Part shown: positions 9,115-17,262 of the stretch, in pieces
Position numbering within the stretch: the stretch's first letter is position 1
Layout: each line of letters begins with the position of its first letter
NCBI GenBank assembly: GCA_051382295.1
Contig: JBBCAW010000004.1
Coordinates: forward strand, 1-64,000
DNA length: 64,000 nt
Origin: Bdellovibrionota bacterium FG-1
Lineage (GTDB): Bacteria > Bdellovibrionota > UBA1018
Reading direction: 5' to 3'
Position numbers and translations under genes: made by a program
Notes under the pieces: generated by a model
What the model saw: only the letters and a program-made list of their open reading frames with translations
Databases searched by the model: none
Told to the model about the DNA's origin: nothing

Positions 9115-10827
9115 ATGGATTCTTATGTGGTGCTGGCGCGAAAGTGGCGTCCTGCTCAGTTTTCTGACATTGTCGGACAGCATCATATCATCCGCACGTT
9201 GATGAATGCCATTCGTGCAAGTCGGATTCATCATGCCTACCTGTTCACAGGATCTCGTGGCATCGGTAAAACTTCGATCGCCCGTATTTTTGCAAAAGTC
9301 ATTCGTTGCGAGCACTCCACTACCACCGCTCCAGACGCACAGCGTGAAAACATTGAGTGGCTCCAGAGCTGTGATCACTGCGCCAGTTGCAAGGAAATCG
9401 CGGCTGGATCCAGTGTGGATGTGATTGAAATTGACGGCGCGTCCAATAATGGCGTCGAGGCTGTGCGCGAAATTCGCGAAAACGCCAAATACCTGCCCTC
9501 AAACGGTAGTCGAAAAATTTACATTATCGACGAAGTCCATATGCTGACGACGGCGGCATTTAATGCGCTTCTTAAAACTTTGGAAGAACCCCCTGCTCAC
9601 ATCATCTTCGTTTTTGCGACCACCGAGCCCCATAAAATCCCCCCCACAATCCTTTCGCGCTGCCAACGGTTTGATTTTCGCCGCGTGACGATCAGTCAAA
9701 TTCAAACGCGCCTAGCCGAAGTCACTCGCGCTGAAAACATTCAGGCCGATGCAGGAGCGTTAACGCTCATTGCACGCGCCGCCGAAGGCGGAATGCGTGA
9801 CGCCATGTCATTACTGGATCAAGTAATTTCGTTTTCGGGCTCTCACCTCAGCGCGCAGGCTGTTCGGGACAGTATTGGTCTGATTGAAGGCCAGACTCTT
9901 TTAGGAATTGTGAGTGGTATTTTTGCGCGCAAACCATTGGAGGCCCTCGCGCTTATTGAACAAGCCTATCAACGGGGCCACGACCTTCGGGTACTGACCC
10001 GAAGCCTGATTGAATTTCTCCATGGGGCCGTTCTCGCTAAAATAGGCGCCCCGCGCTCGACGGGACTGGAGCTTTCGGAAGAGGAATGGAAAGAACTTCA
10101 GGATGCAAGTGGGCTGCGCTCCCTCGAAGAGATCGAACTGATTTTTCAAGTTTTGCATCATGGGTTGGAATGGATCGCTCGGTCCCCACAGCCCAAGGTG
10201 GTTTTGGATATCTTGATCGTCAAGTGTGCTACCGCTGAAGCCTTGGCCTATGTCAACGCCACGCACTCTCAGCCGCCTAGTACTCCTTTAACTCCCACGA
10301 CCTCCACTACTCCAAAAGTCACCTCGAGTGTATCATCGGTACTCCCTACTGCTACATCGTCCAGATTGCCTGCAGACGAGACCGAGAACGAGGTATGCGG
10401 GCAATCTCGACGATGTACCAAAACATGGGAAGGCTTTATCGAGCACGTAAGGCAAACCAAGCCACTCCTCGCATCCATGCTTGAGCACTCGCATAGCGAG
10501 GGCGTGAACGAAACAGACAATACGCTTCCCATCTCCATTTCTCCGAAAGAAGCCTACTATAAAGAACAGCTCAATTCGCGAACCTACACGGAGCAACTGG
10601 TTTCTCTTTCGAAGGACTATTTTGGGCGACCCCTCAAAATCCAGCTAGCCGTGAGAGAAGGCGGCGAAAGCCTCGCCAACAAAAAAGAGCGGGAGCTTAA
10701 AGAGCGCGAACAGACCGCCCGAACGGCCGCCCAAAATCATCCTATCATTATAGAAGCTAAAGCTCTTTTTGGCGGCGATCTCGGTCCAATCGAGATCACG
10801 GAAGAGGATGACCATGCTTCCTCTTAA
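9115..10827 (+). CDS. dnaX: DNA polymerase III subunit gamma/tau
   Basis: LARKWRP, GSRGIGKT, Zn-binding Cys, EIDGASN, IDEVHML, LKTLEEPP, SRCQ, followed by a Pro/Ser/Thr linker. Confidence 0.98.
   Translation: MDSYVVLARKWRPAQFSDIVGQHHIIRTLMNAIRASRIHHAYLFTGSRGIGKTSIARIFAKVIRCEHSTTTAPDAQRENIEWLQSCDHCASCKEIAAGSSVDVIEIDGASNNGVEAVREIRENAKYLPSNGSRKIYIIDEVHMLTTAAFNALLKTLEEPPAHIIFVFATTEPHKIPPTILSRCQRFDFRRVTISQIQTRLAEVTRAENIQADAGALTLIARAAEGGMRDAMSLLDQVISFSGSHLSAQAVRDSIGLIEGQTLLGIVSGIFARKPLEALALIEQAYQRGHDLRVLTRSLIEFLHGAVLAKIGAPRSTGLELSEEEWKELQDASGLRSLEEIELIFQVLHHGLEWIARSPQPKVVLDILIVKCATAEALAYVNATHSQPPSTPLTPTTSTTPKVTSSVSSVLPTATSSRLPADETENEVCGQSRRCTKTWEGFIEHVRQTKPLLASMLEHSHSEGVNETDNTLPISISPKEAYYKEQLNSRTYTEQLVSLSKDYFGRPLKIQLAVREGGESLANKKERELKEREQTARTAAQNHPIIIEAKALFGGDLGPIEITEEDDHASS
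10353..10417. repeat. 65-nt palindrome inside dnaX (22-bp arms, 21-nt loop)
   Basis: tacatcgtccagattgcctgca (10353-10374) pairs with tgcgggcaatctcgacgatgta (10396-10417), with one C:C mismatch and one G-U pair. Confidence 0.9.
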
Positions 10828-11446
10828 TGCCGTCCCAAAATCAGGACAGGATCCGGTATCCAAACTCATCTATGAGCTCTCTAAGCTTCCTGGCATTGGT
10901 GAAAAAACAGCCACGCGACTTACCTATCATATTTTGAAGCAGGACGAAGCTTATGCGACGGCTTTGTCAGAGGCGCTTCTCAGTGCAAAACAAAAGATTC
11001 GCCTTTGTGAACAATGTTTCACTTTCACGGATCGGAAAATCTGTCAGATCTGTTCCAACACCGAACGCGATTTTTCACTGCTTTGTGTCGTCGAGCGGCC
11101 GTCAGATGTCTTTTCAATTGAAGCGACTCACGTCTTTAAGGGGTATTATCATGTCTTGCATGGGGCGCTTTCGCCACTCGATGGAGTCGGTCCCGAGGAG
11201 CTTAAGATTCGCGAACTGTTAGCGCGACTTCATCCGGGAACTGATCGCTCGGTGCTCGAACTCATTGTTGCTACCAATCCGAGCGTCGAGGGTGAAGCCA
11301 CCGCCCTTTATCTTTCGCGACTCATCAAGCCAACCGGAATTCGTCTCACCAAGCTTGCATCGGGGTTGCCCGTAGGAGGTCTTCTAGAGTACACAGATCG
11401 GCAGACGATTGGAAAAGCCCTCGAAAACCGAATGGAGATAGGCTGA
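10814..11446 (+). CDS. recR: Recombination mediator RecR
   Basis: LPGIGEKTATRL, C4 zinc finger, YHVLHGALSPLDG, ATNPSVEGEATA. Probable start is ATG 10814, overlapping the end of dnaX. Confidence 0.98.
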   Translation: MLPLNAVPKSGQDPVSKLIYELSKLPGIGEKTATRLTYHILKQDEAYATALSEALLSAKQKIRLCEQCFTFTDRKICQICSNTERDFSLLCVVERPSDVFSIEATHVFKGYYHVLHGALSPLDGVGPEELKIRELLARLHPGTDRSVLELIVATNPSVEGEATALYLSRLIKPTGIRLTKLASGLPVGGLLEYTDRQTIGKALENRMEIG

Positions 11447-11448
11447 GC

Positions 11449-12042
11449 GTGAGCTTCATTAACTACGCCACCAAAGAGATCAACTGCAAGATTGTCTACT
11501 TCGGTCCAGGTCTCTGTGGAAAAACCACGAACGTTCAATACATTTACGAACACACTCAAAATGAGGCTCGCGGCAAACTTGTAACGCTCAGTACCGAAAA
11601 TGAGCGCACGCTTTTCTTTGATTTTCTCCCTCTTTCGGTGGGGGACGTCCGCGGGTACCGGACGCGTTTTCATTTGTACACCATACCTGGTCAAACTTTT
11701 TACGAGGTTTCGCGTCAATTCATTCTGAAGGGTGTCGACGGCGTCGTTTTTGTCGCCGACAGCCAAGCAGAGAGAATGGAAGCTAACATCGAGAGTTTTG
11801 AGGGCCTAGAAAGAAGCCTGGATAAACAAGGATACGATCTCAACAAGCTTCCGCTCGTGTTTCAATACAACAAGCGGGATCTTCCTGGCGCCGTACCCAT
11901 TCGAGAACTTGAAGCGACTTTTAACCCCATGAAACGACCCTATTTTGAAGCGGTCGCGAGTCGGGGCCAAGGAGTCATGGAAACACTTCAAGCCGTCAGC
12001 CAAGCCATCATCAAAGAACTCAAGGGGGGAGATGCAACATGA
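11449..12042 (+). CDS. mglA: Ras-like polarity GTPase MglA
   Basis: MSFINY..KEINCKIVYFGPGLCGKTTN, ERTLFFDFLP, YTIPGQ, LKGVDGVVFVADSQ, NKRD. Confidence 0.97.
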   Translation: MSFINYATKEINCKIVYFGPGLCGKTTNVQYIYEHTQNEARGKLVTLSTENERTLFFDFLPLSVGDVRGYRTRFHLYTIPGQTFYEVSRQFILKGVDGVVFVADSQAERMEANIESFEGLERSLDKQGYDLNKLPLVFQYNKRDLPGAVPIRELEATFNPMKRPYFEAVASRGQGVMETLQAVSQAIIKELKGGDAT

Positions 12043-12449
12043 CTAAAGAAAAGATGAAGAAGTTTAAAAAGATTTTCGAAGCGCAACGTAAGGCGATTCT
12101 CTTTAATGACCGAATCGTTCGCGAAGATTTTGGAGTTTGCTCGGATGATCGTTACGACGAAATTGATCAAGCTCAAACCGATATCGAGCAGTCTATGAGG
12201 ATGCGCTTGCGCAATCGCGAGATGCTTTATATTAAGAAAGTCGACGAGGCGCTTTGTCGGATTGAGGAAGGCGTTTTTGGCGAGTGCGATGCATGTGGCG
12301 AAGACATAGAAATGCGGCGCCTCGAAGCACGGCCCACGGCAACACTTTGCGTGTCCTGCAAGGAAGAACAGGAACGCAAAGAAGTTCTTACAGCAGCGGG
12401 TCGTCAACATAAGAGCATGGGTGAGAGCTTTTCGCGCCGATACGCGTAG
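12039..12449 (+). CDS. dksA: DksA/TraR C4 zinc-finger protein (canonical DxxDxA tip)
   Basis: DEIDQA tip, FGECDACGEDI, RLEARPTATLCVSC. Overlaps mglA by 4 nt. Confidence 0.9.
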   Translation: MTKEKMKKFKKIFEAQRKAILFNDRIVREDFGVCSDDRYDEIDQAQTDIEQSMRMRLRNREMLYIKKVDEALCRIEEGVFGECDACGEDIEMRRLEARPTATLCVSCKEEQERKEVLTAAGRQHKSMGESFSRRYA

Positions 12450-12687
12450 GAAAGGCCTGTCACGCATCACCCCATCATTTAGGACACAGGCGGGTCATAC
12501 TCACCCCAGGGTTGGGTTCGTTTTGGCTCCGGCTTGCGCCAGCCCTTTCGTTATAGAACGGGGTCATCTCCAATGTAGGGCACTTTGAAAAAAAGATAGA
12601 CCGAGTGTGGTGAACTTTTCATGGGGCGTTTTGATACCATGTTGTTTTGCCAATGCTCGTGTTTTGTTTTTATTGAACTTTTTTCAA

Positions 12688-12703
12688 TGGCACACCGCTC
12701 GCA
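12688..12703 (+). promoter_or_regulatory. sigma54 -24/-12 promoter
   Basis: TGGCAC-ACCGC-TCGCA has exact GG-N10-GC spacing, with an AT-rich tract upstream. Confidence 0.65.
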
Positions 12704-12732
12704 ATAACATTCAATCGGAGGCAGTGAGAACT

Positions 12733-12828
12733 ATGAAAATTCAAATCCAGTCTTTCTGCGCATCCCGATACAACGCTCCTGAGTGGGCTTGGTCTAGGCA
12801 CAGAAATGGAGAGGGCCTGTGGCGGTGA
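12733..12828 (+). CDS. Candidate 31-aa small ORF / leader peptide
   Basis: GGAGG at 12717-12721, ATG 12733, MKIQIQSFCASRYNAPEWAWSRHRNGEGLWR. Lies between the sigma54 site and the second dksA. Confidence 0.4.
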   Translation: MKIQIQSFCASRYNAPEWAWSRHRNGEGLWR

Positions 12829-12905
12829 CGCCTACAACCTCTTAAATACGCGAAAAGTCGCACGTGAACCCAAACCAATTCCAAGCAAACACGAAGGAGT
12901 CCGTT

Positions 12906-13319
12906 ATGAATCAACAAATCGTTCAGCAATTTAAGGTTCTTTTTGAACAACAACGTCGCAATTTGACGTTCACCCAAAAGGTCGTTGATGAAAGCCTGGT
13001 GTTGGCCCAGGACGACCTCGCTGACGAAGCTGATCTGACCTCGAGCGAAGTGAGTACCTCGATGCGAATTCGGCTGCGAAATCGCGAAACTCTTTTTGCA
13101 AAAAAAATCGACGAGGCCCTGCTGCGAATCGCACAGGGTTGCTTCGGGGAGTGCGAAGACTGCGGTCAAGACATTGAACTCAAACGTCTCGAAGCCCGCC
13201 CAACCGCGACCCTCTGTGTAGGATGCAAAGAGGAGTCGGAACGCCAGGAGCTCGTCCACATCGACGGTCACCGGCACAAAAGCATTGGGATGAAATTGAA
13301 GCTCGCTTCATCAGGGTGA
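12906..13319 (+). CDS. Second DksA/TraR-family paralog (DxxDxT tip)
   Basis: AAGGAG RBS then ATG 12906. DEADLT tip, FGECEDCGQDI, RLEARPTATLCVGC. Shares RLRNRE and RHKS-like tail with the upstream copy. Confidence 0.92.
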   Translation: MNQQIVQQFKVLFEQQRRNLTFTQKVVDESLVLAQDDLADEADLTSSEVSTSMRIRLRNRETLFAKKIDEALLRIAQGCFGECEDCGQDIELKRLEARPTATLCVGCKEESERQELVHIDGHRHKSIGMKLKLASSG

Positions 13320-13334
13320 TTGAGTAAAAAAAAG

Positions 13335-13511
13335 CAGTCCGCCAGCATGGATGCTGAACGGACTCACACGGAAGTGAAAAATCAACCTCACGGATGGGGA
13401 AAGCCAGCACGCAGGCCTAGACTACGAAGGAACGATCAGGGGTTCTAACGTTCAGGCTATGAGCAGTTGCGGCTGATCAAAGGGGTCGACCAAGGGCGGT
13501 TGGCCCCTTTT
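13335..13511 (+). ncRNA. Candidate CsrA/RsmA-binding small RNA (CsrB/RsmZ-like architecture); ends uncertain
   Basis: Five ANGGA motifs, three in hexaloops of 4-bp stems (13343-13356, 13364-13377, 13386-13399), followed by an intrinsic terminator. Confidence 0.5.
13479..13511 (+). terminator. Intrinsic terminator (possibly bidirectional)
   Basis: aaaggggtcgacc-aagggc-ggttggcccctttt stem-loop with T tract. Confidence 0.8.
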
Positions 13512-13516
13512 AAATT

Positions 13517-13553
13517 AAAAAAAATGGGGACTCAGCTTTCGCTGAGCCCCCAT
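13517..13553 (-). terminator. Intrinsic terminator of the subtilase gene
   Basis: atggggactcagc-tttc-gctgagcccccat, preceded on + by A8 (U tract on -). Confidence 0.85.
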
Positions 13554-13597
13554 GCGTAGCCAATCCGTGGCCTCAGGTCGAGCTTAGCTCGATCTGA

Positions 13598-15100
13598 TCA
13601 TTCCCTCGAGCGCAAAGCATTCAGGATATTGAGCCGGCCACCGGTGACGGTCTTGCCCGCCAGAGCTGCAACCTTATCGGTAGAACCGAGCAATACTTCC
13701 TTAACCTTCTTGTAATTCCATTCAGGATGTTTGGACCAAAGAAGAGCAGCCGCACCCGCGACGTGCGGGCATGCCATCGAAGTACCCGACAGCTTGGCGT
13801 ACTTGTTTCCAGGTATTGTGCTGTAAACATTGACACCAGGAGCTGCTAAATGAGTGGTTTTCTTCCCGTAATTAGAAAAGAACGCCAGTCCGTCTTTATC
13901 GTCAGTGGCTGCGACAGAAATCATGTTGTCGTTATCAAAAGCGGCAGGATAAGAAGGATTGCTTCCATCGTTATCTGTACCGTCATTGCCGGCGGCTGCG
14001 ATAAAGAGAACATCCTTGAGTCGAGCCCGCTCAACAGCGTCTTTCAAGGCTTGGTTGCCGTCATCACCCTTGCCACCCCAGCTATTACTGAGGACCTTGG
14101 CTCCATGACCAATAGCGTAGTCGACGGCGCGGATGGCGTCCGCAGTGGTACCACTGCCTTCACCTGACAGAAACTTAAGCGCCATAATGGAAACACGCTG
14201 GGCAACGCCTGAGACGCCCTTGCCATTTCCACCGACCGCACCGATCGTGCCTGCAGTATGAGTGCCGTGCTCATTGTCATCAAACGGAAGTGTGTCATTG
14301 TGGACAAAGTCGTAACCTGAGAATTCTTTTCCGGACTCGTCCTTAGAACGCCAGAGGTTGAAGGAAATGTCTTCGTGGTTGTAGTCAATACCGGTGTCGA
14401 TATCGGCGACAATAAAGGAGCTAGAGCCGCGATAGGTAGTCCATGCGTCAACGGCACCGATCTTCTTCATGCCATAGGCTTTGTCTAGATCTGGATCTGC
14501 CACTGGAGGCGTCACGTCAGCAGGAGCTGGCATGAGGTCTGGGCGAGATGCCGCTGGAGGAGGAGTATCAGTAGGAGTTGGGTTTGGATTGCCCGGTTCG
14601 CCGGGTTGACCACCATCTTGGCATCCTGGGGGAAACGGAACTCCAGGGAATATACAAGGTGTGCCACCATCCCCGCCACCCGGAGCGCCGGGGGCGCCAC
14701 CAGGCTCACAGCCCGGAATGTCAAAACCAGGAATACAAGGAATGCCGCCACTGTTGGTGTGACGAGCGGTAGGAAACGTATGCAAAATATAGTTGGGTTG
14801 AGCGTATTCGACGGATGGGTTGCTCATGAAAGCAGCCATCGCGTCTTCCAGATTGACGTTTTCATTGAGAATAACGTGATCAAGGCCCTTCATGATGCCG
14901 CTGAAATGGCGAACATTTTTTACGCCAGCGGTATCGTAGAGCGAATTCATTTCTAAGCGGGAGCGACTTACGCCGTCCCGATATTTAACGATCAGTTCTC
15001 CCGCACGATATTCACTCGCAGACGCAGCGCCCATCATGAGTACAGATGCGGCAAAAATACCGGCCAATCCTGTGGCCCTTTGCGTAAAATTCATTTTCAC
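13598..15100 (-). CDS. Secreted S8 subtilisin-like serine protease
   Basis: Signal peptide, prodomain (VEYAQPNY), catalytic DIDTG / HGTH / GTSMA, oxyanion AAAGN, Pro/Gly-rich insert. Confidence 0.96.
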   Translation of the reverse strand: MKMNFTQRATGLAGIFAASVLMMGAASASEYRAGELIVKYRDGVSRSRLEMNSLYDTAGVKNVRHFSGIMKGLDHVILNENVNLEDAMAAFMSNPSVEYAQPNYILHTFPTARHTNSGGIPCIPGFDIPGCEPGGAPGAPGGGDGGTPCIFPGVPFPPGCQDGGQPGEPGNPNPTPTDTPPPAASRPDLMPAPADVTPPVADPDLDKAYGMKKIGAVDAWTTYRGSSSFIVADIDTGIDYNHEDISFNLWRSKDESGKEFSGYDFVHNDTLPFDDNEHGTHTAGTIGAVGGNGKGVSGVAQRVSIMALKFLSGEGSGTTADAIRAVDYAIGHGAKVLSNSWGGKGDDGNQALKDAVERARLKDVLFIAAAGNDGTDNDGSNPSYPAAFDNDNMISVAATDDKDGLAFFSNYGKKTTHLAAPGVNVYSTIPGNKYAKLSGTSMACPHVAGAAALLWSKHPEWNYKKVKEVLLGSTDKVAALAGKTVTGGRLNILNALRSRE

Positions 15101-15372
15101 TTCCCCCTGTTCCTAACTTCCGCGAAAAGTGGCATCGCGAAATCTTTTAAAGGTTCATGCCAGTGAAACGCCCACACTTCCGCTCATCTGACTTTGCCCA
15201 TTGCGTCGCTCGAAATAACGGCGCTCCCACTCTGTTTAGTTTGATGAGTGTATCTAGCCTTTGCTTTTTTGCAAATTTAGCGAGTATCTTTATTTTTTCC
15301 GAGGGGTCTTGAATTCCCCAGTAATCACGCTATGCTCAAAAAAGTCTATCAACCTTTCTCCTTCTTTTATTC

Positions 15373-15723
15373 ATGAATTCAACACTCCTTCAAACACTGA
15401 AAACCGCAGGATTACTCTTCCTTTCCAATCTATTTATGACTACAGCGTGGTATGGTCACCTTCGCTTTCGACACGCCAGTATCCTTTCGGCGATCTTGGT
15501 GAGTTGGCTCCTAGCACTTCCCGAATATGCACTTCAAGTGCCGGCTAACCGTTTGGGCTATGGTGCATTAAACGCTTATCAGCTGAAAATTCTTCAGGAG
15601 TGCATCACACTTTTCATTTTTATTGGTTTTGCTTGGCTCGTCTTGGGTGAACCCCTTAAGCCTCAATATGCGCTCTCGTTTGGGCTGGTTCTGGCGGCGG
15701 TGGGCGTGGCGTTTTATCGGTAA
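15373..15723 (+). CDS. DMT-superfamily small membrane protein (DUF486-like)
   Basis: SNLFMTTAWYGHL, EYALQVPANRLG, QLKILQE. Confidence 0.9.
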   Translation: MNSTLLQTLKTAGLLFLSNLFMTTAWYGHLRFRHASILSAILVSWLLALPEYALQVPANRLGYGALNAYQLKILQECITLFIFIGFAWLVLGEPLKPQYALSFGLVLAAVGVAFYR

Positions 15724-15726
15724 AAT

Positions 15727-15792
15727 AAGACAAAGCGCCAACCTCATGGCCCCTGAGCAAGCATCAGGAGGAGTGAGGTGGCGCTTTGTTTT
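15727..15792. terminator. Long stem-loop between convergent DMT gene and ftsZ, likely bidirectional terminator
   Basis: acaaagcgcca(a)cctca...tgaggtggcgctttgt followed by ttt. Confidence 0.7.
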
Positions 15793-15833
15793 GAACCGGC
15801 AGCCCCTTTTCAGAGACTCTTGCCCCGGCTAAA

Positions 15834-17144
15834 TCAGACTTCGCGTTCCTGCTGCCGACGCATATAGGTCGGCACATCATAAGTATCATCCGTCAGGTTA
15901 GTGATTCCCAAACGCTGCGCGATGGCTCGGGCACGAGCCAACTCTCCGCCTTCAGCACCCGTTCCTTGCTGAGGATTGGCGGCCATCGAAGAAAGCCCCG
16001 CACTCATGTTGATATCTGCCTCCAGATTAAGATCAGGGGCATAGGAGTGAGCCATCGAAGGAGCCGTCATCGGAGCCGGTGCTGCGGTCATCGGAGCGGG
16101 AGCCTGGGCCTGGGGCGCCATCATCGCCGCATTGGGTTGAGGCGGGCGAATAGCCGTATCCACCTTCTGAACCCCGGCCATCGCGGTAGAAAGCCCAAGG
16201 CCAGTGGCAATCACGGTGACTTTGATACGGTCCTTCATCGACTCATCAATGACCGTACCGAAGATGATTTCAGCATCTTCGTGCGCAGCTTCCATAATCA
16301 GCGTCGTGGCTTCGTTCACTTCATGAATACTCATCGTCGATGCGCCGGTAATATTGATAATAATTCCGGTAGCACCATCGATCGAAATATCCTCGAGGAG
16401 CGGGCTAGAAATCGCATTGGTCGCTGCTTCCACCGCGCGGTGTTCGCCTTCGCCATAGCCAATCCCCATCAAGGCCAAACCTTTGCTTTGCATGATCGTC
16501 TTTACGTCCGCAAAGTCCGTATTAATCAGACCCGTATGGGTGATTAAGTCGGAAATCCCCTGGACCGCATTGAGTAGAACCTCATCCGCCTTTTTGAACG
16601 CATCCAGCATCGAAAGACTTGAACCCGAGATCGCCAGCAACCGCTGATTGGGAATTGTAATGAGCGAATCCACGTTTTCACGCAGCCACTCCATTCCCAT
16701 CGCCGCGTGTTTCATGCGCTTTTTGCCTTCGAAAATGAAGGGCTTCGTCACTACCCCGACAGTGAGGGCGCCCACTTCTTTGGCGATCTTGGCAAAAATA
16801 GGTGCCGCACCCGTACCTGTTCCGCCCCCCATCCCGGCGGTGATAAACACCATGTCCGCGCCTTGCAAAATTTCAGAAATTCTCGCGTAATCTTCGAGTG
16901 CGGCTTTGCGGCCGACCTCTGGATTGGCGCCAGCCCCCAGGCCCTTGGTGAGGTCTTGGCCGATCGCCAGCTTGGTTGAAGCCAACGATGCATCCAACGC
17001 CTGACGATCGGTATTGGCGGTGATAAACTCCACCCCCTCCAGTCCGATTCGGATCATCGTGTTAACGGCGTTGCAGCCGCTCCCGCCGACGCCTACGACC
17101 TTGATTTTAGCCCCTTCACTTGCCAGCTTTTCGATTTCAAACAT
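15834..17144 (-). CDS. ftsZ: Cell division protein FtsZ
   Basis: [11 protein letters not shown], tubulin motif [18 protein letters not shown]-terminal DVPTYMR. Confidence 0.99.
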   Translation of the reverse strand: MFEIEKLASEGAKIKVVGVGGSGCNAVNTMIRIGLEGVEFITANTDRQALDASLASTKLAIGQDLTKGLGAGANPEVGRKAALEDYARISEILQGADMVFITAGMGGGTGTGAAPIFAKIAKEVGALTVGVVTKPFIFEGKKRMKHAAMGMEWLRENVDSLITIPNQRLLAISGSSLSMLDAFKKADEVLLNAVQGISDLITHTGLINTDFADVKTIMQSKGLALMGIGYGEGEHRAVEAATNAISSPLLEDISIDGATGIIINITGASTMSIHEVNEATTLIMEAAHEDAEIIFGTVIDESMKDRIKVTVIATGLGLSTAMAGVQKVDTAIRPPQPNAAMMAPQAQAPAPMTAAPAPMTAPSMAHSYAPDLNLEADINMSAGLSSMAANPQQGTGAEGGELARARAIAQRLGITNLTDDTYDVPTYMRRQQEREV

Positions 17145-17262
17145 TTTAAGAAGATCCTTCTTCCTCAGATTGTCCGCCGCTTCCCTTTCAGTACCACGCC
17201 GGCTCGTTTTTACTCACTGTGGGCCGGTTTCCCAAAGCCCACACCCAATTAAAACCAAATTT

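Noticed and set aside
10678..10690. A-rich run (aacaaaaaagag) in dnaX as an E. coli-type -1 frameshift site
   Set aside because: The codons read AAA AAA GAG rather than A AAA AAG, the run is far downstream of the usual gamma junction, and no adjacent stimulatory hairpin is evident.
15144..15163. TGGCATGAACCTTTAA upstream of the subtilase as a sigma54 promoter
   Set aside because: The -24 GG is present but the -12 GC is absent.
16050..16130. APAPMT repeats in ftsZ
   Set aside because: Ordinary low-complexity FtsZ linker.
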